This document shows positions 48,049-57,526 of a stretch of 64,000 bases of DNA, piece after piece. A model generated the notes under the pieces. That model was given only the letters and a program-made list of their open reading frames with translations, was not told the origin of the DNA and did not search any database. Position 1 is the stretch's first letter. The number at the start of each line of letters is the position of its first letter. The position numbers and the translations under genes are program-made. The DNA comes from an uncultured Gemmatimonadales bacterium (GTDB lineage: Bacteria > Gemmatimonadota > Gemmatimonadetes > Gemmatimonadales > GWC2-71-9), in assembly GCA_963825055.1 (NCBI GenBank), contig CAWGSK010000011.1:121479-185478 (forward strand), in the 5' to 3' direction.

Positions 48049-51000
48049 CCATGCTCCGCACGTTCCGACATGTCCTGCCGGCCATGGCCGTGTGCGCCAC
48101 GGCCTCCGCGTCACCTCTGGCTGGCCAGGACAGCGCCGCCGCTCCCATCCGGGTGGTAACGGACAGCGCGCTCCCGCTCGAGCCCGCCCGCACGGTGCGA
48201 TTCGACACCGACGAGGGCACCTGGATGTCGGTGGATGTCTCGCCCGAAGGCCGCACCATTGTTTTCGACCTGCTGGGCGATCTGTACACGATGCCGATCG
48301 CTGGCGGAACGGCAACTCGCATCACGTCGGGCATGGCGTTCGACGCCCAGCCACGCTACTCGCCGGACGGCAGCCGGATCGTGTTCGCGAGCGACCGGAG
48401 CGGCGCCGAGAACCTCTGGCTCATCAATGCCGATGGGAGCGAGCCCCACGCGCTCACGAAGGGGGACAAGGGGCAGTACATCTCCCCGGAGTGGACCCCG
48501 GACGGCAAGTACATTGCCGTCTCCCGCAGCACCAGCGACGTACGGAGCAGCACATACAACCTGTACCTCTACCATGTGGATGGCGGCACCGGGGTCAAGC
48601 TGACGGGGCGTGGCGAGCCGGAAGCGGGCTCCTCCGGCGGTGGCGGCAACCCCAACTATCTCGGTGCCGCCTTCGGCCCGGACGGCCGGTACGTCTACGT
48701 CGCCACCAAGCAGGGAGGCTTCGGCTACAACCTGCAGTTCCCCCTGTGGCAGGTCGTGGTGTACGATCGCGAGACGGGAAAAACCCACCCGCGCACCCGG
48801 GCCTGGGGCAGCGGGATGCGCCCGGCGGTGAGTCCGGACGGCCGGTACCTCGTGTACGCGACGCGAGAGGACTCGGCCACCTCGTACCGCCTGCGGGAGA
48901 TCGCGACCGGCGACGAGCACTGGCTGGTGCATGGTGTGCAGCGGGACGACCAGGAGTCGCGCTACACCCGGGACGCCATGCCCGGCGCGAGCTTTACGCC
49001 GGACGGCACCGCCCTGATCGCCGCGTGGGGCGGGAAGATCCGCCGGGTCGCCATCCCCTCGGGTGAAGTGACCGTGGTTCCGTTCACGGCCGGTGTTGAT
49101 CAGCAGCTCGGACCGGTGGTGCACTTCGAGATTCCGTTCGACGACTCGATCCTTACCGTCCAGCAGATCCGCCACGCCCGGCCCTCGCCGGATGGACGAC
49201 GCCTCGTCTTCAGTGCACTCGACCGCCTCTGGATCATGGACCTCCCCGCGGGGTCGCCGCGGCGCCTCACCGGGACCGACGTGGGGGAGCACTCGCCCGT
49301 CTGGTCCCCGGACGGCCAGTGGATCGCCTACGTGACCTGGGATGAGCACGGGGGGGACATCTACCGTGTACGGGCGGATGGCCGCGGCCGCCCGGAGCGC
49401 CTGACGGAGGCGACGGCATTCTACGACCGGCTCAACTACACCCCTGACGGGCACCGCCTGGTTGTCGCGCGCGGGCCCCGCCAGCCGCGCCTCACCGAGG
49501 AAGGGATGTACGGTGTGGAGCTCGCATGGCTGCCCGCCTCCGGCGGCCCGCTCACCACCATCGCACCCCTGACCGCGCCGGGGTATCCGCACTTCACCCG
49601 GGACACCAGCCGCATCTACATCACCGATGGCCGCGAGGGGCTCGTCTCCATGCGGTTCGACGGGACCGACGTGCGGCCCGTCCTCAAGGTGACCGGCTTC
49701 GTGCAGCCGGGAGGCGGCCCCAACGCCCGGCCCGAGCCGGCCGACGAGATCCTGATCTCACCCGACGGGAATCGCGCCATCGCCGAAGTGGGAGACAACA
49801 TTTACCTGGTCGCGGTACCGATGGTCGGGGGCGAGGCCCCTTCGGTGTCGATCCTCAAACCGGGCAATGCCCCGGTCCCGGTCAGGCGGGTGACCCGCGT
49901 GGGGGGTGACTTCCCCGGCTGGTATGCCGGCGGCACGAAGTTCCACTTCTCCCTCGGGCACACGTTCTTCACGTGGGACATCGCCCGCGCCGATTCCGCC
50001 ATCCGCGATTCGACGGCCCTGGCCGACTCGATCCGGGCCCTGCCGAAGGCTGCCCGGGACAGCGCCACGGCCGACAGCAGCGGCCGGAAGGCCGCATGGG
50101 AGGCGGAGCGGCTCGACGTGGTCATCACGACGCAGCGTGACCGGCCCCGCGGGACGGTCCTGCTCCGCGGGGCGCGCCTCATCACGATGCGGGGCGACGA
50201 AGTCATCGAGGGTGGGGAGATCCTGGTCCGGGACAATCGCATCGCCGCGGTCGGACGCGCGGGCTCGCTCACGCTGCCGGACGGCACGAAGGTCATCGAC
50301 GTGAGCGGGACAACAATCATCCCGGGCTGGGTGGACATTCATGCCCACCTCCGGCCGTCGTTCGGGATCCATGCGCCCCAGGTCTGGGAATACCTGGCCA
50401 ACCTGGCCTACGGCGTGACCACCACCCGGGACCCGCAGACGGGCACGACCGATGTCCTGACCTACGCCGACCGGGTCGCGAGCGGCACGCTGCTCGGGCC
50501 GCGCATCTTCTCGACCGGCCCCGGCGTGTTCTGGTCGGAGGACATCAGCAGCCTGGACGAGGCACGCGACGTCCTCCGCCGGTACTCGGACTACTACAAC
50601 ACGCACATGATCAAGCAGTACGGCACCGGCGACCGCAAGGTGCGCCAGTGGGTGATCATGGCGGCGCGGGAACTCGGCCTGATGCCGACCTCGGAGAACT
50701 ACCTCGACTTCAAGAAGAACCTGACCGAAGTAGTGGACGGCTTCCCCGGCGCGGAGCACGCCTACCCGATCGTGCCGCTGTACCGCGACGTCGTCCAGCT
50801 CGTGGCGCAGAGCGGGATCACCTACACCCCCACGCTCCTGGTGAGCTTCGGCGGGCCATGGGGGGAGAACTACTGGTACACCCGGGAGGACATCACCCGG
50901 GATACCAAGCTCACGCGATGGACCCCGCGCAGCGAGATCCTCCAGCGGGCGCTCCGCCGCCCGGCCTGGTTCCACGAAAGCCAGTACGTCTTCGACGACG

Positions 51001-51404
51001 TCGCACGGGAGGCCGCGAAGATCGTCGCCGCGGGCGGACGGGTGGGCCTCGGCGGCCACGGCCAGCTCCAGGGGCTCGGCGTGCACTGGGAGCTCTGGTC
51101 CATCGCCTCGGGAGGCATGCCCGCCCATGACGTGCTCAGGGTCGGAACGATCTTCGGCGCGGAGTCCATCGGGCTCGGACAGCAGCTGGGCAGCCTCGAG
51201 GCCGGGAAGCTGGCCGACCTGCAGGTGCTGGACGGGAATCCGCTGGAGAACATCCGCCAGACGAACACGCTTCGCTACGTCATGAAGAATGGCCGGCTGT
51301 ATGACGCGAGCTCCCTGGCCGAGGTGTGGCCCCGGCAGCGCGAGGTCAGGCGGCCGTGGTGGTGGGACGAGAGCGTCATGCCCGCCGCCGGGGACCAGCC
51401 GTGA
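48045..51404 (+). CDS. Secreted PD40/TolB beta-propeller + amidohydrolase
   Basis: EGTWMSVDVSP, FDLLGDLY, SPDG repeats, IIPGWVDIHAH, GVTT..DP, GGHGQLQG, GSLEAGKLADL. Confidence 0.9.
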   Translation: MTMLRTFRHVLPAMAVCATASASPLAGQDSAAAPIRVVTDSALPLEPARTVRFDTDEGTWMSVDVSPEGRTIVFDLLGDLYTMPIAGGTATRITSGMAFDAQPRYSPDGSRIVFASDRSGAENLWLINADGSEPHALTKGDKGQYISPEWTPDGKYIAVSRSTSDVRSSTYNLYLYHVDGGTGVKLTGRGEPEAGSSGGGGNPNYLGAAFGPDGRYVYVATKQGGFGYNLQFPLWQVVVYDRETGKTHPRTRAWGSGMRPAVSPDGRYLVYATREDSATSYRLREIATGDEHWLVHGVQRDDQESRYTRDAMPGASFTPDGTALIAAWGGKIRRVAIPSGEVTVVPFTAGVDQQLGPVVHFEIPFDDSILTVQQIRHARPSPDGRRLVFSALDRLWIMDLPAGSPRRLTGTDVGEHSPVWSPDGQWIAYVTWDEHGGDIYRVRADGRGRPERLTEATAFYDRLNYTPDGHRLVVARGPRQPRLTEEGMYGVELAWLPASGGPLTTIAPLTAPGYPHFTRDTSRIYITDGREGLVSMRFDGTDVRPVLKVTGFVQPGGGPNARPEPADEILISPDGNRAIAEVGDNIYLVAVPMVGGEAPSVSILKPGNAPVPVRRVTRVGGDFPGWYAGGTKFHFSLGHTFFTWDIARADSAIRDSTALADSIRALPKAARDSATADSSGRKAAWEAERLDVVITTQRDRPRGTVLLRGARLITMRGDEVIEGGEILVRDNRIAAVGRAGSLTLPDGTKVIDVSGTTIIPGWVDIHAHLRPSFGIHAPQVWEYLANLAYGVTTTRDPQTGTTDVLTYADRVASGTLLGPRIFSTGPGVFWSEDISSLDEARDVLRRYSDYYNTHMIKQYGTGDRKVRQWVIMAARELGLMPTSENYLDFKKNLTEVVDGFPGAEHAYPIVPLYRDVVQLVAQSGITYTPTLLVSFGGPWGENYWYTREDITRDTKLTRWTPRSEILQRALRRPAWFHESQYVFDDVAREAAKIVAAGGRVGLGGHGQLQGLGVHWELWSIASGGMPAHDVLRVGTIFGAESIGLGQQLGSLEAGKLADLQVLDGNPLENIRQTNTLRYVMKNGRLYDASSLAEVWPRQREVRRPWWWDESVMPAAGDQP

Positions 51405-51610
51405 AGGAAGCGGCCCGGTTCTGGACCGTCACTGCGGCGCACTCGGCCCGCTTCGCGCTCGAAGGCGAGGGGATCGCGTGCGTGGTCCGGGGCCAGGAAC
51501 TCGCAGGCATGTTCGGCGAGTCCTTTTCGGTCTGGGTCGACGATGTCGACCTTGACCAGGCCCGCGCCACCATCCGGGAACTCGAGGATACCACTGCCGC
51601 GCCGGAATGA
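51401..51610 (+). CDS. Small DUF2007-like (putative signal transducing) protein
   Basis: ARFALEGEGI, VWV...DLDQAR..I. GTGA overlap with the upstream gene. Confidence 0.6.
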   Translation: MKEAARFWTVTAAHSARFALEGEGIACVVRGQELAGMFGESFSVWVDDVDLDQARATIRELEDTTAAPE

Positions 51611-51646
51611 CCGGGCGGTGTCGTCGTCCCTTTTCATCAGGCCCTA

Positions 51647-52165
51647 ATGACCCCGACTCTCCTACTGGTTCTGCGACTGGTTCACGTCGTCCTTGGCGTC
51701 TTCTGGGCCGGCACCGTCCTGTTCATCGGACTGCTCCTGTTTCCCAGCGTGCGCGCGGCCGGACCGGCCGGAGGCCAGGTCATGGCCCGGCTGATGGAAC
51801 GCCGGATGCCCGTCTGGCTCCACTCGACCAGCCTGCTCGTCATCGCCTCCGGGATCTGGCTGTACTGGCGCGCAACGGGAGGTTTCCAGGCCGACCTGAT
51901 GCTGGCGGGCCCCAACCTGGTGTTCGGCACCGGGGGGCTTATGGCGATACTGGCTACCGTCATCGGGCTCGGAATCAATGCCCCGACCGCTGGCCGGATC
52001 GGCAGGCTGTCGGCGTCGATCCAGGGTGGGGGGTCACCCCCCTCACCGGAGCAGGCCGCCGAGATTCAGCGGCTGCAGGGCATTCTCTTCCGGGGCGCAC
52101 AGGCGGCCGCCGCGCTCCTCCTGCTGGCGACGGCTGCCATGGCCGTGGCGCGCTACGTGGCCTGA
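51647..52165 (+). CDS. Hypothetical four-TM membrane protein
   Basis: LRLVHVVLGVFWAG, SGIWLY, AMAVARY. Confidence 0.75.
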   Translation: MTPTLLLVLRLVHVVLGVFWAGTVLFIGLLLFPSVRAAGPAGGQVMARLMERRMPVWLHSTSLLVIASGIWLYWRATGGFQADLMLAGPNLVFGTGGLMAILATVIGLGINAPTAGRIGRLSASIQGGGSPPSPEQAAEIQRLQGILFRGAQAAAALLLLATAAMAVARYVA

Positions 52166-52238
52166 GAGCGGGACTTGCACGGGGCGCACGGGGACTGCAT
52201 GTTGGCGAAACACCCGTCCTCATTCACTGGAGGATTCC

Positions 52239-52703
52239 ATGCGCTCCTTCCCCCTCCTCGGCGGCGCGCTCCTGCTGGCCGCCTGCGGCGGTGCCGACAA
52301 CCGCGAGCCGGCGGCCATGGCGGACACGACCGGCGCCGTACCGGACCTGACGGCCGCCGACCTGGCCGGGACCTGGTCCATGAAGGCCACGACCATCACC
52401 GGCGACAGTACCCTGGTCGACTATACCATGACTGCCACGGCCGATCCCGCCGGCTGGACGGTTACCTTCCCCGGCCGGGATCCCATGCCGGTCAAGGTGG
52501 AATCCCTCTCCCGGGACAGCATCGTCACGGTGATCGGCCCCTATGAAAGCGTCTTGCGCCAGGGCGTCATGGTCACCACCCGGAGCGTCTCCATGCTCAT
52601 GGGCGACCGACTCGCGGGGAGCTTCACGGCGCACTACCAGAACGCCGGAGCCGATTCGGTTCTTCAGGGCCGTTCCACCGGCACGCGCGGGTCGCCTGAG
52701 TAG
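52239..52703 (+). CDS. Hypothetical lipoprotein
   Basis: GGAGG RBS, lipobox LAAC, DLAGTW, GPYESVLR. Confidence 0.75.
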   Translation: MRSFPLLGGALLLAACGGADNREPAAMADTTGAVPDLTAADLAGTWSMKATTITGDSTLVDYTMTATADPAGWTVTFPGRDPMPVKVESLSRDSIVTVIGPYESVLRQGVMVTTRSVSMLMGDRLAGSFTAHYQNAGADSVLQGRSTGTRGSPE

Positions 52704-52792
52704 GCGGCAGCACCGGCCGGGTCACGGGCAGGGGACGGGCGGATCGTACTCTCCTCCCGTCCACTGCGTTCTCACCTGATCCCGGACCGTAC

Positions 52793-53305
52793 ATGCCGCG
52801 CATCGCCTCATCGTTCCTCGCCCTGACGCTGTTCACCATCGGCGCAGCCCGGGCCCACGCCCAGGACGTCCCCTCCCCCGCCCGGTGGCACGTCTCGGGA
52901 GGCTATACTCACTACAAGGTCGGTGGCAGTAACGGCTGGGGTGACGGGGGCGAGGGCATCCTCTATCATGCCTTCGGACCCCGGGTCGGCGGCCAGTTCC
53001 GGGCCACGATCATCGTCTCCTCGGACGGCTTCTACACCTTCAGCGGTGCGGCGGCCGACCTCGGGCCGGCGCTGACCCTGCTGGCGACCCGGACGGGGGC
53101 GGTCATGCTGGGCGCGGGCGCGAGCACCCTGCTCGGTGGGGACAGCGATGGCTCCGTCGGCTTCCTGGTTGGGGGCCACGCCTCGCTGCGCGGTACGTTC
53201 TGGATCGCACCGCGCGTCGGGTTCTACGTCGACGGGACCGCGCGGTTCTGGCACACAGGAGATGGCGCCCCGGCCTTTTCGGGTGGGATCACACTTGGAC
53301 TGTAG
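52793..53305 (+). CDS. Small outer-membrane beta-barrel-like protein
   Basis: Signal peptide ending AHA, alternating amphipathic strands, terminal GGITLGL. Confidence 0.6.
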   Translation: MPRIASSFLALTLFTIGAARAHAQDVPSPARWHVSGGYTHYKVGGSNGWGDGGEGILYHAFGPRVGGQFRATIIVSSDGFYTFSGAAADLGPALTLLATRTGAVMLGAGASTLLGGDSDGSVGFLVGGHASLRGTFWIAPRVGFYVDGTARFWHTGDGAPAFSGGITLGL

Positions 53306-53321
53306 GTTGATGGAGGCAGGC

Positions 53322-53588
53322 ATGTGCAGGAACATCAGGACCCTTCATAATTTCGAGCCACCAGCCACGGAAGACGAGGTGCGCGGCGCGGCCCTTCAGT
53401 TCGTGCGCAAGGTGGCGGGCTTCACACGGCCGTCCGTCGCCAACGCCGAGGCCTTCGAGCAGGCGGTGGGCGAGGTCTCCGACAGCCTCTCCCGACTGCT
53501 TGCGTCCCTCGTGACATCGGCGCCCCCACGTGACCGCGAGGTGGAAGCGCGCAAGGCACGTGAGCGATCAGCCCGCCGGTTCGCCTGA
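53322..53588 (+). CDS. DUF2277-domain protein
   Basis: MCRNIRTLHNFEPPATEDEVRGAALQFVRK. Confidence 0.88.
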   Translation: MCRNIRTLHNFEPPATEDEVRGAALQFVRKVAGFTRPSVANAEAFEQAVGEVSDSLSRLLASLVTSAPPRDREVEARKARERSARRFA

Positions 53589-53623
53589 CACCAACCCGTC
53601 CGCCCATCCCTATCGGATCCTCC

Positions 53624-53968
53624 ATGCGACTGCTGCGTCCCCAGCCCCTGCTCGTCCTGTTGTGCGCCTGCGCGATCGGCCCGTCCAGCTTTCCGCCCAA
53701 TACCTCGGCCCGCCCCGGAGTGGACCTGCCGACACGATTCGAGCCGGAGAACCGGCGACTGCGCGTGCCCGACGCGGACACTCTTGCAGGGAATGGATGC
53801 CTGACCCCGCTGCTCGATCCCCGCAACGGGACCGCGATCGTGCTCACGCGATCCGGCGGGGGTTATGGGGACTACGACGTACCCGCCAACCGCTACGGCG
53901 TGCATGAGGGTGACCTGCTCCGGCTGGACTGCAATGCGGGAACCGCCATCGGTATCGTGCGCCGGTAG
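53624..53968 (+). CDS. Hypothetical Cys-containing lipoprotein
   Basis: Hydrophobic N-terminus with Cys, C..PL.DPR.G, GDY.VP..RYG, LRLDC. Confidence 0.65.
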   Translation: MRLLRPQPLLVLLCACAIGPSSFPPNTSARPGVDLPTRFEPENRRLRVPDADTLAGNGCLTPLLDPRNGTAIVLTRSGGGYGDYDVPANRYGVHEGDLLRLDCNAGTAIGIVRR

Positions 53969-54028
53969 GTCGGCGGCCGGTGGCGGCCACCCCTTACCTT
54001 CAGCACCCGATCACGCCAACATTCCCCC

Positions 54029-54874
54029 ATGGCCAAGAGCGTGGGAGCATCGGCGCGCGAATATGCACGGGGGATGGCGGGCGGCCTGCTCTTCAGCCTG
54101 CCGCTCCTGTACACCATGGAGCTCTGGTGGACCGGATTCCTCGCAAGCCCCCCGCACCTGCTCGTTTTCATGGGAGCGACCTTCCTCCTCCTGATGGGCT
54201 ACAACCGGTACGCGGGGATGCGCCGGGCCGAGAGCTTTCGCGACGTCATCGCCGAATCCGTGGAGGAAATCGGCCTCGGCCTGCTGCTCTCGGCCCTCGT
54301 GCTCTGGCTCACCAGCCGGATCGGCAGCGGGATGAGCACGCGGGAAATCCTCGGCAAGACCATCGTCGAATCAATGGTCGTCGCCATCGGTATCTCGGTG
54401 GGGAAGACTCAGCTGGCCGGCCCGCCCTCGAATGACGGCGGGCAGGATCAGGGCCAGGACGGCCAGGAGCACGAACCCCATTTCCTGGGCCAGTTCATCC
54501 TCGCACTCTGCGGGGCAACGCTGCTCGCCACCAATGTCGCCCCCACCGAGGAAATCGTCGTCATCGCCCTGGAATCAAGCGCGCTGCAGCTCCTACTCGT
54601 CCTGATCGTCTCGCTGGCCCTGGGCGGGGGCGTCCTGTACTACAGTGACTTCCGCGGCTCACGGCGGTGGGTGCGGCACCCCGACCGCCCCCTGGAAGTC
54701 GCCGCCGGCATGGTCATGACCTACGCCGCAGCCATGGCGATGTCGGGCTTCATGCTCTGGTTCTTCGGGCGCTTCCACGGCCTCGCCACACCCACCATGA
54801 TCCGCGAAACCGTGGTGCTTGCCTTCCCTGCGGTACTCGGTGCATCTGCCGGACGCCTTCTCCTCCAGGCCTGA
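54029..54874 (+). CDS. TIGR02587/DUF2391-family membrane protein
   Basis: RGMAGGLLFSLPLLYTMELWW, NVAPTEE, PA.LGASAGRLL. Confidence 0.85.
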   Translation: MAKSVGASAREYARGMAGGLLFSLPLLYTMELWWTGFLASPPHLLVFMGATFLLLMGYNRYAGMRRAESFRDVIAESVEEIGLGLLLSALVLWLTSRIGSGMSTREILGKTIVESMVVAIGISVGKTQLAGPPSNDGGQDQGQDGQEHEPHFLGQFILALCGATLLATNVAPTEEIVVIALESSALQLLLVLIVSLALGGGVLYYSDFRGSRRWVRHPDRPLEVAAGMVMTYAAAMAMSGFMLWFFGRFHGLATPTMIRETVVLAFPAVLGASAGRLLLQA

Positions 54875-54877
54875 CCC

Positions 54878-55273
54878 ATGCCGAAGCCCTCTCCCCAGCA
54901 GAACAAGAACTGGCTCGAAAAGACCGTCCTCGCCATCAGCGTCGTGCTGGTCCTGGCCTCAGCCGGATGGCTCACATGGGAAGCGCTTGCCGGGACGGAC
55001 GGCCCCCCGTCCATCGTGGTGGAAGTGGGCAGTGGTGAGATGCGGGCGGGCCGCTGGACCACCCTGGTCACGGCCCGCAACGAGGGAGGCACCACCGCGG
55101 AGGACGTGCGGATCGCGCTGACCGTGGAAGGCACCGGGGAGCCTGAACGGGCGGAGATCGTCTTCCAGTACCTGCCTGCCCGCGCGACCCGGACGGGCTG
55201 GGTCACCTTCAACACCAGGCCCGGACCGTCGGATCACGTCGAGACCAGGGTCCTCGGTTATACCGAGCCGTGA
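54878..55273 (+). CDS. TIGR02588-like protein
   Basis: KNWLE + TM, NEGGTTAEDV, GYTEP. Follows the TIGR02587-like gene. Confidence 0.75.
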   Translation: MPKPSPQQNKNWLEKTVLAISVVLVLASAGWLTWEALAGTDGPPSIVVEVGSGEMRAGRWTTLVTARNEGGTTAEDVRIALTVEGTGEPERAEIVFQYLPARATRTGWVTFNTRPGPSDHVETRVLGYTEP

Positions 55274-57504
55274 AACGGAGCGGAGCCATCGCGACCTGGC
55301 TGCTCATCGTGCCAGCCATTGCCGTCGCCCGGCAGGATACGCTGCCATCGGTCCAGTTTCGCCCGGGGATGGTCATCACCCATTCGGTCCGCGTCACACC
55401 CGGCACCTACCGGACCCCCGCGGGAGGAGCGGACACCGCCGCCATCATCGTCCGGGGGAATGAGATCCGGCTCGACCTGACGGGCGTCACTCTTGAAGGC
55501 GCCGATCGGGATGCCGATCCGGACCAGGCCGGCGGTATCGCCATCCTGGTGGACGGCGGGGACAACGTGGAGGTCCGTGGCGCCACGGTCAGGGGATATC
55601 GCGTCGGCATCCTCGCGCGCAACACGCGCGACCTCCGCCTGCTGGCCAATACCCTCAGCTACAACTGGAAGCCGCGTCTCTTCAGCCTGGTCGAGCACGA
55701 GAGCCTGGTGGACTGGCTGAGCTACCACCACAACGAGACAGGCGAGTGGGATCGGTTCGGGGCCGCCGTCTCGCTCGTCGGCGTCACCGGGGGGCTCCTG
55801 CGCGGCAACATCGCGGAACAGGGCATGAACGGCCTGATGATGGCCCGGAGCGATTCGCTCGAGATCCGGGACAATACCTTCCGCTTCAATTCGGGTCTCG
55901 GCATCGGCATGTACCGTTCCAGCGGGAATGTCATCGCGGGCAACCGGCTGGACTACAACGTCCGGGGGTACAGCCACGGCTTCTTCCGGCGCGGGCAGGA
56001 TTCCGCCGGCCTGCTGTTGTTCGAACAGAGTTCGGGCAACGTCGTCATCGGCAATTCCGTGACCCATGGCGGCGACGGGCTGTTCCTCTGGGCCGGCCAG
56101 ACCACCATGGACACCGGCGAGGGTGGGTCGAACGACAACCAGTTTGTGGGAAATGACTTCAGTTACGCGCCGACCAATGGTATGGAGGCGACCTTCAGCC
56201 GGAACACCTTCGTCGGCAACATCGTTCGCGAAAGCGATCACGGCCTCTGGGGCGGGTACAGCTGGCAGAGTACGGTGGCCGACAACTGTTTCGCGGGCAA
56301 CCGCATCGGGATCGCCATCGAACACGGGCAGGATATCCGGATTACGGGCAACAGCTTCACCGGCGACGCGACGGCCATCAGTCTCTGGGGTAACCCCATC
56401 GAGCCGGGAGACTGGGGATACCCCAGGCACCGTGATACGCGAAGCCGCGACTACACGGTCACGGGGAACCGGTTCAACGGCATCCTGGCGGGCCTGCGCG
56501 TCGGCCAGACCTCGGGGCTCCGGGTGGAGGGCAACGACTGGGCGGCCGTCGACTCGGTCCTCGTGGTGCGGGATACGGCGGCGTATGTCATCCTCGACGA
56601 CACGACGCAGGCGCTTCAGCGTCATGGCGGCACCCACCCCGAGCCGTGTCCGGGCCCCCCGGCGCTGCCAGTCGGACGACCTTCCGTTCCACTGGTAGAG
56701 GTTCCAGTATCGTTCCCCGTTTCGGACGTCGCGCTCATGCCACGCTCGGCCATCATCATCGACGAGTGGGGACCCTACGACTACCGTGCTCCGAAACTGT
56801 GGCCGGTCGACAGCACGCGGGCCGTGCCCCTGCAGCTGGCGGTGCTGGGGCCTCCCGGCACGTGGCAGGTGATCACGGAGCGGGGGATCACCTCGGTAAG
56901 CAGCCGGAGCGGCAGGACCGGCGACACGATACGGGTTACGCCTGACACCAGGGCGGGCACCGACTGGGAGCTGGGGCTGGAATACCGTGGCGCGGCCACG
57001 CTCTCACCTCGGGGCACGTGGCGGGCGGCGGGGGAATCATACCGGTTCAGCTATGGTCGCTTCGAGCCGGCCGCGCAGTGGAAGGTCCGGTATTTCCGGT
57101 GGGCGGACAGCGCGGCGGTGCGACGGGCGCCCGGCGAGGCGGTGTTCCGCGGCGCTCCCCTCCTTGAGCGTCAGGAGTCCCGGCTGGACTACATGTGGTA
57201 CCGCCCGACCATCCCCGGTGTGCCCGCCGACCATTGGGCGCTCGAGGCCCGCGGGAGGCTGGAACTGCCCGGGGGAACATGGACGATCAGGACAATCAGC
57301 GACGATGCGGTGCGCGTGTGGGTGGACGGTGTGCTCGTCATCGACAGCTGGTCGCCGCACGAGTCCCAGGTCGACCACGCGCCGCTCACCGGTGGCCGGC
57401 ACGACGTGCGGGTGCGTTATGCGCAGGTGGACGGCTGGACCGAACTGCGGTTCGATGTGGTGCGCGGCAGCGAGACGTCACGGGGGTCGCCCGGTCCTCA
57501 CTGA
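55270..57504 (+). CDS. Secreted right-handed beta-helix (NosD-like) protein with C-terminal PA14 domain
   Basis: Repeated N-rich beta-helix turns (SSGNVIAGN), C-terminal SDDAVRVWVDG..VID.W PA14 motif. Confidence 0.8.
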   Translation: MKRSGAIATWLLIVPAIAVARQDTLPSVQFRPGMVITHSVRVTPGTYRTPAGGADTAAIIVRGNEIRLDLTGVTLEGADRDADPDQAGGIAILVDGGDNVEVRGATVRGYRVGILARNTRDLRLLANTLSYNWKPRLFSLVEHESLVDWLSYHHNETGEWDRFGAAVSLVGVTGGLLRGNIAEQGMNGLMMARSDSLEIRDNTFRFNSGLGIGMYRSSGNVIAGNRLDYNVRGYSHGFFRRGQDSAGLLLFEQSSGNVVIGNSVTHGGDGLFLWAGQTTMDTGEGGSNDNQFVGNDFSYAPTNGMEATFSRNTFVGNIVRESDHGLWGGYSWQSTVADNCFAGNRIGIAIEHGQDIRITGNSFTGDATAISLWGNPIEPGDWGYPRHRDTRSRDYTVTGNRFNGILAGLRVGQTSGLRVEGNDWAAVDSVLVVRDTAAYVILDDTTQALQRHGGTHPEPCPGPPALPVGRPSVPLVEVPVSFPVSDVALMPRSAIIIDEWGPYDYRAPKLWPVDSTRAVPLQLAVLGPPGTWQVITERGITSVSSRSGRTGDTIRVTPDTRAGTDWELGLEYRGAATLSPRGTWRAAGESYRFSYGRFEPAAQWKVRYFRWADSAAVRRAPGEAVFRGAPLLERQESRLDYMWYRPTIPGVPADHWALEARGRLELPGGTWTIRTISDDAVRVWVDGVLVIDSWSPHESQVDHAPLTGGRHDVRVRYAQVDGWTELRFDVVRGSETSRGSPGPH

Positions 57505-57526
57505 GGTGTTGAGTGGCCCCGCGACG

